Source of the DNA: Hormiphora californensis
Lineage: Eukaryota > Animalia > Ctenophora
Direction: 5' to 3'
Length of the DNA: 64,000 nt
NCBI GenBank assembly: GCA_020137815.1
Contig: CM035351.1
Coordinates: 6,882,001-6,946,000 of the forward strand
Shown here: positions 28,042 through 39,571 of the stretch, one piece after another
Position numbering within the stretch: position 1 is the stretch's first letter
Layout: each line of letters begins with the position of its first letter
The notes under the pieces: model-generated
Database searches by the model: none
Told to the model about the DNA's origin: nothing
The model's input: only the letters and a program-made list of their open reading frames with translations
Made by a program: the position numbers and the translations under genes

Positions 28042-28806
28042 ATGTATGTAAAGATAGCATGTGTTGCGGGACTCCTCATCTCTATCTACGCACTATGGAT
28101 TGAGGTACAAGTGTATACCCATTCCAACTACCTGGCTCTCTGTGACCTCCATCAGTACATCAGCTGTAGTAGAGTCCTTACTTCTAGGTAAGAGGGTGAT
28201 TGAGTAGCACGACCTATAGTAGCTAAATCAGTACAGCGGAGTTACTGACAAAGAGAGATCTCATCTGCCCCCCCCCCCCTCAGCTATTCTAAAGGGTTTG
28301 GTGTGGTAGGGGATGTGTTGGGACATGACCATCCATTAAATCAACCTAACTGCATATACGGGATACTCTACTATCTGATCTACCTGACTTTAGGTAAGGA
28401 GAAACACCACTTTATTCCCTTCTCTCACGAGACCCCTAACTCCCTAGTGCACTGTACAACCCCCAACCCTCTCTCACGACCCCAAACCCCTCTCTCACGA
28501 GTCACGACCCCTGGGAGAAGCCCCGTTCATTCTTAGTTTTATCAAACATGTGATGATGATTTGAAAGATTACTAACATCAAAACACTTCTTCAGACACCG
28601 TGAAGCAGACTGACACTGTTAAAAAGATAAAGTTTTCTCTCTCCCTCTCCTCTATCTTCATGTCCCTCTATCTGGGTTACATCCTCGCCTTTGTCCTGGT
28701 GGATCTCTGTCTGGTTTGTATATCCTCGTATGCTGTAAACTGTACCCTGTTTGCAATTGCCCTTGTCCAATATCAGGAGATGATGGGGAAAGCAAAAGTC
28801 AGTTAA
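28042..28806 (+). CDS. VKORC1: Vitamin K epoxide reductase (VKORC1/VKORC1L1 family); 3 exons
   Basis: YLALCDLHQYISCSRVLTS-SYSKGFG, LNQPNCIYG, active site CLVC. Confidence 0.93.
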
Positions 28807-28894
28807 TATATCTGTGTGTTGATCTGGTAATCTGTCTGAATTTAATTAGTACCTGATTTATAATTTCTTATCCATGTTTATTGATGATAACGTG

Positions 28895-29065
28895 TGTTTT
28901 TCAAATTCGATCGCCCGCTCCGGTCGCACTTTTAGATGGACAGTGATGTAGCGCGCGAAAACTCGGTTACATGGTGAAGACACGCCGTAGCAGTTGCAGT
29001 CACGTGACATGTTGGCGCGCATTCCTTACCCCGTTGCCACAATCAGCAGGCAGTTTTCAAACAAG
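28895..29065. promoter_or_regulatory. Possible cell-cycle-type internal promoter (E2F-like and CHR-like sites, E-box)
   Basis: GCGCGCGAAA at 28951, TTGGCGCGC at ~29012, TCACGTGA at ~29000, TTCAAA at 28900 and ~29056. CpG-rich compared with the other spacers. Confidence 0.4.
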
Positions 29066-29146
29066 CACCACTCCGGAACTACCAGTTCCCTCGTTGTTAT
29101 CTCACCCCACCAACCCTCATATAGCTACAGGTATATCGGGGAGATA

Positions 29147-32100
29147 ATGTCAGACCCACCTATATGGTTTATGAAGTATGCATCCACCCTGACCCCCTAC
29201 AACATGGCATTGGTCTTGATGATAAGTCACTACTGCGCTGACCCCTCGCGAACTCAGTACAAACTGGCAGTCATGTTATGGGAGTGTATAAAGTATAAGA
29301 ATCTCTCCCTCAATCAACTGATACAAGAGCTAGATAAGCTTGGTGATGAGGCCTTGGGAAGAGAGTTACAGACTTACTTCGAAAACTTCAGAGGGGTCTC
29401 ATACAGGGTGTTAAAGGGTGTTTTAGGAAACATGGGTACAACATATGCCCTCATGATTGAGCCAGACTCACTGGTCAGCCCTAAGAGTCCCTTTGGTCTG
29501 TTTCTCAGGCACATGATAGTGTCTTTTGAAAGGGCCTCCCTGGAACACGTCTTCTCTTTTATTAAGGTAATTGAAGATTAGGATACTTTAGTAGCATTAT
29601 TATAATAGCATTATTTAGTAGAATTATTACATTACATTACACATAACTGATTAATCGCATTCCCAGACATTTTCTTGATCATTACCCCACTCCAGGATCT
29701 CCGTGATTACATTCAAATAAAGGACGCTGTATTCCCTGTCCTGTCAACCCGCCACCAACAGGCCAAGTTCTCCCGCGAGGTAGCCTCATTTCTCTCGGAT
29801 GTGTCCCTAACCAAGTCTAATCTGGATATTCACGAGATGTGTGAGGGGGTGTCGAGTATCCAACAGGCTGAATTCCTCCTCTATCTGAACTACCTGAGTG
29901 TCAGGGAGTATAATATGTCTAGAAGGCACCTCCACCAGTATTTTACTGTTATGTGGCGTGATGCAGGAAACCACGGCAGTAGGAATGTTAGACCCTTCTC
30001 TGCCCTCAAGATGGGGGCCCTACAAGCCATGTTTGGACATACAGAACTGGCCATGAAACACTTTCAGGTAAATCAAGGCATCTGGGAGAACCGTAATAAC
30101 GTAGTTTGACTATACCCTACCCCGACCATAGTATCACTTCTGATTATAATCCTCCCTCCCTCCCGTTATTATTATAACCCTCCCTCCCCTCCCCGACCAT
30201 AGTATCACTTTTGACTATAATCCTCCCTCTCTCCCGTGGCAGGAGTCGATGCACCTAGCACAATTGTTAGGAGAAGAGTCATGTCTGTCTCAGTGTATCG
30301 CATGGACGGGATCCCTCCGAGGGACCCCCCTCACTAAACCCATACTACCTACCGATTCAGAAACTACAACACCTGCACATTTAGAGGTATGTGAATTTAG
30401 AGGTACATGTGTGGAAATAAACGTTGAAAAGTTGGACAACCAAATCAGCAAAATGTACAGTATATCTCTTACACAATCCTGATGACATAGATCTCATCAG
30501 GAACTCTTGTACTTTCAAACTTAAACACTCGTTATAGTTTTACAGTTTCAGCCATCCAATTCTCTCTCTAGCACAATTTTAGGTACTTCACAGCACCATC
30601 ATCATCAGGGTCCATGGACAGCCAGGTCGAGTCTGTATTGTAGAAGGTCTTGGTGGACCCGGCCCCACACGTCACATTGATACTGTTGAACAGCCAGTCA
30701 TCATTACCCGCAAGGGCCCGGATGGAAATGCATCTAACAAAGCCAATAGGTCTCATACCAAAGAACTCAAAACTGCTAACTTCTCCCTGGAATATTGTTC
30801 AAGTCAGCAACTGTATGATACAGTGTATCAACCCAATACCACTGGGGGGGGGGGGTCTAGGCTATCTCTTATACTATTTCCCTGTCTCCAAACTCACCAT
30901 ATTAAAATCATCAATGTCTACATTGTCGAAAATGCCAGTCATGGTGGCTCCCTTGGTTCCATAAATAGTTGACATCATAACTAGGTTGGTGGTACCGGAA
31001 TGGCTTTCAGTGGCAGTATGGGCAGTCAGGCTGCACGTGCTACCACCCTGTTTACACATCCACGCGATCGGGGCAGCGTCTAGGCGGGAGGGGGTGAATA
31101 TTGGGGGGGGATGATTGTTGGGTAATCGGGGCAGCGTCTAGGGGAGGGGAGGTGAATATTGGGTAATCGGGGCAGCGTCTAGCGGGACGAGAGAGCAGTC
31201 TTTGGTGAGACAAGTAATCATGATGATTTATTTACCGCAGTGGCTAACTTACCAACGCCATTGGTTGACAGTTTTTGGTTGGCAACATTGTAGAAGTAGG
31301 TGGGTGAGCCTTTGTCAAAGTGAATAACAATGGTTCTAGGCCACCACCAATCACTTCCATCGGTCTCCAGGTCAATACAGTGGACCTTTCCAATGTGCAC
31401 ATCTGTCACGTGTGTCATCTGCAGAGCATTATAGGAGATTTAACAAGTGGGGAAACAGGAGGGGTAACACTTTGTTACATGCCACCCTCCCCCTAATTAT
31501 AGTGCTCGCAGCATAGTCCCGCTGAAAGAGCAAAACAGAAACTACTCAGATTATATAGCTGGGTTAATTTATCTACTTCAATCATCCTATAATTTCATTT
31601 GGTGACGCAATCACCCTTACAACTCGCGCACGTAGCACGCCAAAACGAAGCCCGCGTGACGTAGAGAGGTGACGGCGCCACCAATAATTTCATTTACATT
31701 AACTGTTAGTCCTGAGGGGAAGTTGTTGCCGAGAGTAAAGGAGATATCATTGGTGGACCCGTAGATAGAGATAGTGATTGTATCAGATGTTCCCGAGTCT
31801 CGAAACCATCCCTCTGTCGTTGTGGTAACTGTAACATCCTGATGGGAAAGGGATGGTTATCTTTTAACCCTCACACTTTTACATTTGTAAAGGAGGTGGG
31901 GCGCGGGAAGCAGGGTGGAGCAAGGCAACGAAAATGGGTGGTCATCATGGAATCTATATAGATTGCCTTGCTCGGCCCTATTTCCGTGTGCAAATGTAAA
32001 GGAGGGTTAGGACATAACATGATGTAGATGTGTTTGGTATTCTTAGAACATCTTGATACTGTTTATCAGTATGAACAAGGTACTTACGGTAGAGCCAAGG

Positions 32101-33790
32101 CCAAGAAGGAGGCAGAGCAGCAGAGCAGAGTGCATCATGTCAGGGGGGAAATGGTGATGGTTGGTTTGTGGTCCATGTTATATATCCACCTCTTGGAATA
32201 ATATGAGTTCCTCATGGGACTAATACTGCTGCTTAGCCAGTGGATCCATTGTAAGGCTGGCATGTACGGGCTGCCTCCTATATGTCAAGTATTAGTCCTT
32301 TGAAAAAAAGAAGGCTGTCCGTGCTTGCCCAGTGATACAAAGGATTCATTGGCATTCCTTACCCTCATAGAAATATGTAACATGCTGATCCAATGGCTAG
32401 AATATTTTAGACAATGATAGTAAACATAAACCAGTATAATTCTTCCGTAGCACTCCGTTATACAAAACACCGTATTAGTAATAAATTAAACAAAGTCTTA
32501 CCTGCACAAAATATCTCTCTCCACCCCGATAAATAAGACCTATCTCTCTCTCTCTCTCTCTCTCTGTAGGTTCTAAACTATCTACACACGTTAGAGTCCA
32601 AGTGTACCAGTGGGGAGAGCCCTGAGAGCGTGTTGTCCTTCCTATCAGATATAGCTCCCCTTATCTCACCTGTGGAGCAACATACCAACGCAGCTCAGAT
32701 ATTCAGGTATTAGCCATGGTAACCATGGTAACCGTGCCCTGCTGATCAAGAGAGAAATGATTATTGTGATCGAGTTATTTATTTTTAAATAAGCACTTTT
32801 CACTGAATGAGTATGCAGTAAAACCCTGCATGTGTTGTTGACAAGTTGACCAACACAGTTCACTCTAGGTGGTATGGTAACGATCTCCTGAAGGAACTAC
32901 ATCCCTTCTTTATAGTGATCCAACTGTGTCCTGAATGGAACAAGGAAGGTCACCTCATATCATTCTCGGAGAAGGCAACCTCCCTTTGTGCAGCCCTCTG
33001 TAACCTCTCCACCTCCCTCGCTCTCTCCCCAACCAACTCTGTCTCCGGTACGGACCTTATCAACTTCACACTCTCCCTCTTCCCCTCCATCTCACCCCAT
33101 CGGGATCTCATCAAGCTAACTGCGTGCCGTATGGAGTTGGAGCGGGCCCGGAGGAAGGGTGGGGAGGGGAAAGGAGCAAGTTGACACTTATCCGGACTAT
33201 ATCACCCTCAACATTATGCAGCACTTACCCTCACAGAGACCGATCTAACGGGTGACCGGTATATCACACAACCGGAACTAAGTGCAAGTATCATGTACAA
33301 CCTTGCCTAAGCGAGATGTTCGTGTCGCTCCTGCACGTGCCATAGAAGTCCTACTAAAACTGATCCTACACTGCAAGAAGACACATCCTCTTAGAATGGT
33401 CGCTGAAAAGTCCATCTCCTGCTGGCTGAAGTCCAAATACACCTAAAGCTCTACAACCAAGGCTCTATCCACTGTTGACAAGGTGTTTGTTGCCGCTCTC
33501 TTCTCCTCAGACTCCCTTATCCAGTGTACAGCACGGTGGTTGTATGTCCAGTGTAAACTGGCTACATGCCAGGTTCAGGACAGGATTCAGGGTATTTCAG
33601 ATCGGTTGAGAGGCACCTGCACCTTGCGGGTGAGGGCTTCCTTGCTCACACGGACAGGGTTAATGTGTGTGCGGTGATGTACTTTACTGCTCGGCTGTAT
33701 GATGAGTTTAATATGAGGGATGATAGGAACAAGTATGCGAGGAAGTTTCGTAACTTTACTGAGACCTTGTCTGTACATGATCCCGTGTGA
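29147..33790 (+). CDS. ANAPC5: Anaphase-promoting complex subunit 5; several frameshifts/stops in the last exon as assembled
   Basis: LTPYNMALVLMI, SPFGLFLRHMIVSFER, AEFLLYLNYLSVREY...LHQYF, C-terminal MYFTARLYDEFNMRDDRNKYARKFR. Confidence 0.85.
30568..32138 (-). CDS. Secreted protein with two PLAT/LH2 domains, nested antisense in an ANAPC5 intron; 5 exons
   Basis: Signal MMHSALLLCLLLGLGST; VTTTTEGWFRDSGTSDTITISIYG...IGKVHCIDLETDGSDWWWPRTIVI; HTATESHSGTT...IYG...IGFVRCISIRALAGNDDWLFNSINV...WLSMD. All junctions are GT-AG. Confidence 0.8.
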
Positions 33791-34174
33791 GTTGATTGGA
33801 TGGCCCCGGGATATGGGTCCCTCCACAACTACGGGATATGGGTCCCTCCACTACTTCTCTCAGGGAAACATGATTATGATATCGGTAGGTATGAAGGGGA
33901 GGGGGCCACTAGGAGACCATGATTCCAGCTGGTGTCGCGTGTATCAGAGTGGAGTCAGACATTCGGTCAGGTACTCTAATGTCTACCCTAATCTATTATA
34001 CTCGAGTGTTTAATTTGATACTTTTTACTGACTATTATGTTGTTTTTTGTAACATTATGTTTTGTAACGCTGTCATACATTTTCTCTCTCGCATATAATA
34101 TGTCCTTGTGATCAGTCATATTCACTGCCCATGACAGTCTAAACATCTCACTTTCCTACTCTTGCTCTATAGCT

Positions 34175-34861
34175 ATGTCTCCAGATACAACACCCAGTGC
34201 TCCAGACACCACTACCAGCAAAGTGATGTGTCGATTCCAATCCTACCGCTCAGCCATGGACTCAAAGAATGATAAACATGAAAGGATAGTCAAGATAAGT
34301 CGAGATATCACCATCGCCAGTAAGAGGATCATATTCGGGCTACACCGGATCCTGCCTGACAACACTAAGGAGCACGAGGGGATTCTCAAGGAGGCAGAAG
34401 GGAAGCTAACTGCCCTGAAGCCTCAGTTTGTTAAGATCGGAGAGGAGCTGAAGGGGGAGGATGTTTATAGGTTCCACCGGGCCTTCACTAACGGTGTCCA
34501 GGAGTTTATAGAAGCAGCAACTTTCCATCACGGCCTCAAATCACTAACCATCCCGACCATTAGTCATCTCCAGGAGCAGTATATGGGTGCCACATGCCCC
34601 CTTCTCCTGACTGACTACCTCCAGGGTCTGGCAGATCTGACCGGGGAACTAATGAGGATGTGCATCTGTTTCTGTAGTCGGGGTGGACCAGAGAGGGGTC
34701 ACCAGTTGAGGGAGTTGTTGTACCAGGTGAACTCAGCTCTAACCATGGTGGAGCCTGTACCCAAGATGAAACAGAAGATGGAGGTGATGGGCCAGAGTCT
34801 GGGGAAGTGTGAGAGGGCCAACTATACTGCCAGTGTACGGAGTGCAGAGGTTTTGGGATGA
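34175..34861 (+). CDS. TSNAX: Translin-associated factor X (Trax, C3PO nuclease subunit), intronless
   Basis: KHERIVKISRDITIASKRIIFGLHR, GVQEFIEAATF, DYLQGLADLTGELMRMCI. Confidence 0.95.
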   Translation: MSPDTTPSAPDTTTSKVMCRFQSYRSAMDSKNDKHERIVKISRDITIASKRIIFGLHRILPDNTKEHEGILKEAEGKLTALKPQFVKIGEELKGEDVYRFHRAFTNGVQEFIEAATFHHGLKSLTIPTISHLQEQYMGATCPLLLTDYLQGLADLTGELMRMCICFCSRGGPERGHQLRELLYQVNSALTMVEPVPKMKQKMEVMGQSLGKCERANYTASVRSAEVLG

Positions 34862-34941
34862 ACTATGTGTGTGGTGTTTTTGATGTTTAATTTTTCTGTT
34901 TATTTTTGTTATTTAATTTTACAAAACCTTAGTAGGAAAGT

Positions 34942-35733
34942 ATGGCGTTGTGTCGGAAGGTCGTCTCCACTGTTCTATCCAGAGGGACCTGTAGGAGGTT
35001 TCTCTCTGTCGCTCCATCTACTGATATAATTGATACGGTTACCCGAGATATTGAGAGACCAGTGGGTGATCACTTTGCTGTGGTACAGGTATGTGATGAG
35101 ATAATGATTTATAGTATTAGTAGTCGGCACTGCTTGGTTCCCAATCCCCCGAAGTGTCCGACTTCACGAGAGAGTGGGTTAAACTCTAACACTTCACTAG
35201 ATCAGTTAATTAATTAATTAATTAACTAATTAATTCCACCAGGTAAGAGGAAGGCAGTGGAAGGTCTCTGTCGATGATATCATTCAGACTGATAACCTGA
35301 ACCTGGAACCTGGCACCGTTATTTCACTGGACAAGGTTCTACTGGCAGGTTCAGTTAACTACTCCCTTATTGGCCGACCTCTCCTCCCTTCTGCCACCGT
35401 TCAGGTCAGTTATAGAATCACTTCCAGTACCCTCCCCCACCCTCCGAGAATTCATGAGCCCATTAGTAAGATATGAAAGTGGTAGATGTCACCATGGTAA
35501 AGTCCTTTTAATAACTTGATCCCAAACCCCGTTAGGTGAAAGCGTTGGTAATAGAGAAGAGTCGGGGTCCGTATCTGCGTGTTTACAATCAGGGGATGGC
35601 ACACACCCGGACCCTGTGGTGGGGTAAACGATGGCACTGGATGACATTCCATGAATCCATGACAACCATGCTGAGAATTCAAAGTATTGAGATAACTAGT
35701 CAGGGACTGAAGAAAGAGGATGAAGGGAGCTGA
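34942..35733 (+). CDS. MRPL21: Mitochondrial ribosomal protein bL21m; 3 exons
   Basis: Presequence; HFAVVQVRGRQWKVSVDDII...LDKVLLAGSVNYSLIGRPLL...VKALVIEK...TMLRIQSI. Confidence 0.9.
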
Positions 35734-35937
35734 GAGAGAGGGTGCGGGGTATTTATTACTTTTTTATCTCGAGTGGTGACCGGTCGTGTATTATATTGAG
35801 AGAAAGAGGGAGAGAACTTTTATTTTTCGTTTGTTTTTCAACCTTCTTTCCTAACCTATAATCCCTTTTTCGACCAATATTTTATGACCCCTTGCCACAA
35901 TACCCGCTCCTCAACCTCTATTCTAGGTTCCATATTT

Positions 35938-38900
35938 ATGTCTCTGATTGGTTGGTTGTAGCGTGGCAGCATTCCTCCGACGTCTAGCAAAATCACCAGC
36001 AGGATTCTCTAGAATCCCATTGATAGTAAGGATGAGTGGCACTAATGTTAGCGGGCTAGCACACTGGAATGTACTGTTTAATGATAACACTCAGCGGATA
36101 TGTAAGGAGTTCGGAGATCACGGTGAGTAACTAGGAAGGGTATACTATAAACTATTATCGAGATACTGCAGTGAGTAGCCCTGCCCCTAGCTAGCAAGGA
36201 TGTAGTATTGAAAGCACTAAGTATCCAGATAGTGAAAGTGTTTTCTCAGCTGATAATCGAGAGATAGTGTGATAACCACCTTTGTTAAGATTGTGTGTGT
36301 GCCTTGGTTCTGCTAAGATTTATTGTATGTTTGTCATAACTGTATATATTCGTTGTACCAAAACCATGTATAGCACCTAGCAACCTCCCAGGTTACGAGG
36401 TCCGTATTGTTGGTGGAGCGGTGAGGGATCTCCTCCGTGGTGTGGCCCCTAAAGATGTTGACATGGCAACCAACGCAACTCCTGACCAAATAGTGGAGGT
36501 GTGCAAGGGAGCAGAGATTAAACACATCCTTACAGGTGATTATCTAGGGGGGGGGGGGGCATTTGGAGTCCTTGCTATTGAGTCACCTTGAGCTCAGAGC
36601 CATTGATAGTAGTAGACATTACTTCAGAGTTCAGGGGGATATCACTGAGTTTCCAATGTCATATCATGGAATGAAAAAGAACCAAATGATATGTATGACC
36701 GACTATCTCTCTCCACTCCTAGGTTTCGAGCACGGTACGGTAACACTGATGTTGGATGGGACCCCCTACGAAGTAACTACCCTACGGGTTGATAAGGAGA
36801 CCGATGGTAGGCACGCCAAGGTGGAATACACTACCGATTTTGAGGCGGATGCTGCTCGACGAGATCTGACAAGTATAGTAGGGACGAATCTCTTATAAAA
36901 AGAAGTGGCTGACTCACTATTTGGTGGAAAGCAAATTCCGGTTGTAACCCACCTATTTTGACCCGCTGAACACGATCCCGTTCATAGGTAAGGTCGCAAA
37001 AGTGAAGAACATGCCCAAATCGGCCACGCCCTTTTACCTGTATTTTCAGCCTGTAGCCAAAAACATAAATCCTCTTAGAATAGGATTAGAGACAAATCTG
37101 AGGGCACTAAAGTGATCAGCGCCCTCGCATTAGTGGGGGTAGGTGCTGGAATTAAGTCTCTATCTCATCTGGTTAATTAGATAATTGGATAATTAGGTTT
37201 GCGCATAACCGTTTTTTGGCTATATGGCTATAGCCACTTAGGAATGGTTTAGAGACTTTTCACTGGCGCCAATTTATAGGCAATAGCCACGTTATGGGGG
37301 GTCGACGTCGGACTTTTAAGCTCTATCTCCAACCGTTTAGCCGTTATTGGGCTTAATCGGTGCTCAAAATGAGCGAAAAACGGTAAAAAGCCCGATTTTG
37401 AGCATCGTTTAAGCCAAATAACGGCTAAACGGTTGGAGATAGAGCTTAAAAGTCCGACGTCGACCCCCCATAACTTGGCTATTGCCTGCAAAATGGCGCC
37501 AGTGAAAAGTCTCTAAACCATTCCTAAGTGGCTATAGCCATATGGCCAAAAACGGCTATGCGCGGATCTAATTATCCAATTATCTAATTAACCAGATGAG
37601 ATAGAGACTTAATTCCAGCACCTACCCCCACTAATGCGAGGGCGCTGATCACTTTAGTGCCCTCAGATTTGTCTCTAATCCTATTCTAAGAGGATTTATG
37701 TTTTTGGCTACAGGCTGAAAATACAGGTAAAAGGGCGTGGCCGATTTGGGCATGTTCTTCACTTTTGCGACCTTACCTATGAACGGGATCGTGTTCAGCG
37801 GGTCAAAATAGGTGGGTTACAACCGGAATTTGCTTTCCACCAAATAGTGAGTCACAAAATTAAGATTCGTCCCTACTAAGTAAGACACAGCTTGCAATAC
37901 TTCACTATTTTGTGGGGTTCGGGGTTCACAATTGCGGTATCGGTACACAGCTAGGACATGGGGTTCGGACACACTTCACACAGAATACACGTGAGAGTTA
38001 TCGAGATTCTATAGGACTAAGGAGGGTTAGACAAACTCGTTTACACCTACTACCCTTTAGTTAACGCTATGAGTGTGCGTATTGATGGAACCCTGTTTGA
38101 CTACTTTGAGGGGAGATGCCACCTGGAGGAGAGACGGGTACTGTTTGTTGGTGAACCTGCTGAGCGAATCAAAGAGGATTACCTTCGCATTTTGAGGTAC
38201 ATCATAGTTGTTTCATAGAAGTGTATGGTAGAAGGGACACGAGCCACATAATGGGCGTGTTCAACTATGTAACACGTCTTGCAACAACTCCAACCTACGT
38301 GGTCCTATTATCTAGCAGTAGGCAGGTGCCAGGTATGATATACCACCCCATGTTGTCAGCCTCATGGAAAACAACAGGAGGAGAGGTCTAAAGTAGAACA
38401 CATACCTGCTCCCCCCCCCCACATACCTAAACAGTGTCTGTTGAGAGACACTAAATCTTGGCACTTGGTGAAGGGGGGGGGGCAACGGACCCTCTTGGTG
38501 AAAGGGGGGTGGTATTATTTCAGGTTCTACCTAACTAACATGTCCCCCCACGCCCCCAGGTATTTCAGGTTCTACGGCCGTATCTCCCAGAAAGATGACG
38601 AGTTTGATGAGAAAACGATTGAAGCCATCAAACTACACAAGGATGGCCTCAAAAAGATCTCCAGAGAGCGAATTTGGTTGGAAATGAAGCAGGTTGTGGT
38701 GGGAAGGTTCGCGGAGACCATCCTCACCAAGATGAAGGATCTGGACCTGTTTTATCTGATCAACCTGAAACACACCTTCCGTATTGACACCCTGTGTAAA
38801 CAACACAGTTTAGCAGACCTTGATGTCATCCAGCCCGTCACCATGTTGAGTTACGCATTCGATCACCATGGTGATTTCACCAAACTCCGCCGTGACTGGA

Positions 38901-39292
38901 AGATGTCCATGGATGAGGATTTCATCGGTCAGTTCCTGATCAGACACCGGCACAGGAGTGAGATAAAACACTTCCAGGATCTCCTAGTGGATACACCGAA
39001 ACATTGCCGGCACAAGTTCCACATGGCATTCAAAGAGTTGTGTCTGAGTAGGGCTGATAAGGGGCTGTTGGAGACTATTGAGAAGTGGACGGTCCCTGAA
39101 TTCCCCCTCAGGGGTGATCAACTGATAAAGGAGGTAGGCCTGCCCAAAGGGCCATTAGTTAGCAAGTATTTCACTCTTGGTAAGGCTCGATGGAAGGATC
39201 ACCAGTATAGTATGGAGAAGGAGGAGGTTATTGAATTTCTAAAGGGCGAATATGAGAAGTCAAAGGCACCTACTGCGGATCCTGAATCGTGA
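35938..39292 (+). CDS. TRNT1: CCA-adding tRNA nucleotidyltransferase (class II)
   Basis: [12 protein letters not shown]...[32 protein letters not shown]|[31 protein letters not shown]. Start codon uncertain. Confidence 0.95.
36876..37878. mobile_element. 1003-bp near-perfect palindromic element, TAG...CTA ends, 4-bp TSD (Academ-like)
   Basis: AGTA-TAGTAGGGACGAATC...GATTCGTCCCTACTA-AGTA. Arms pair to a centre at ~37377. Confidence 0.9.
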
Positions 39293-39571
39293 GTGGTGGA
39301 TCTAGATCTAGCTAGATATGATATTTTAAACCACCAATGAGTAGGAAGGACTGTGAAGTTGGTACTCGGTACATTATTATATTGACACATTTTATAAAAT
39401 TCACGACTTATTTATTTGTTTACAGATTTATTCAACTTATATAAATCATCCACAAATTTCCGTTATTTGTTATTCTCGAAAACTCCCTTCCCCACTTTCA
39501 GATCTCTCAAATGGTTCCATCTCAGCCGATCACACTTCCAATATTCCTAACCCAGCCCCCTCCTTTTAGCA

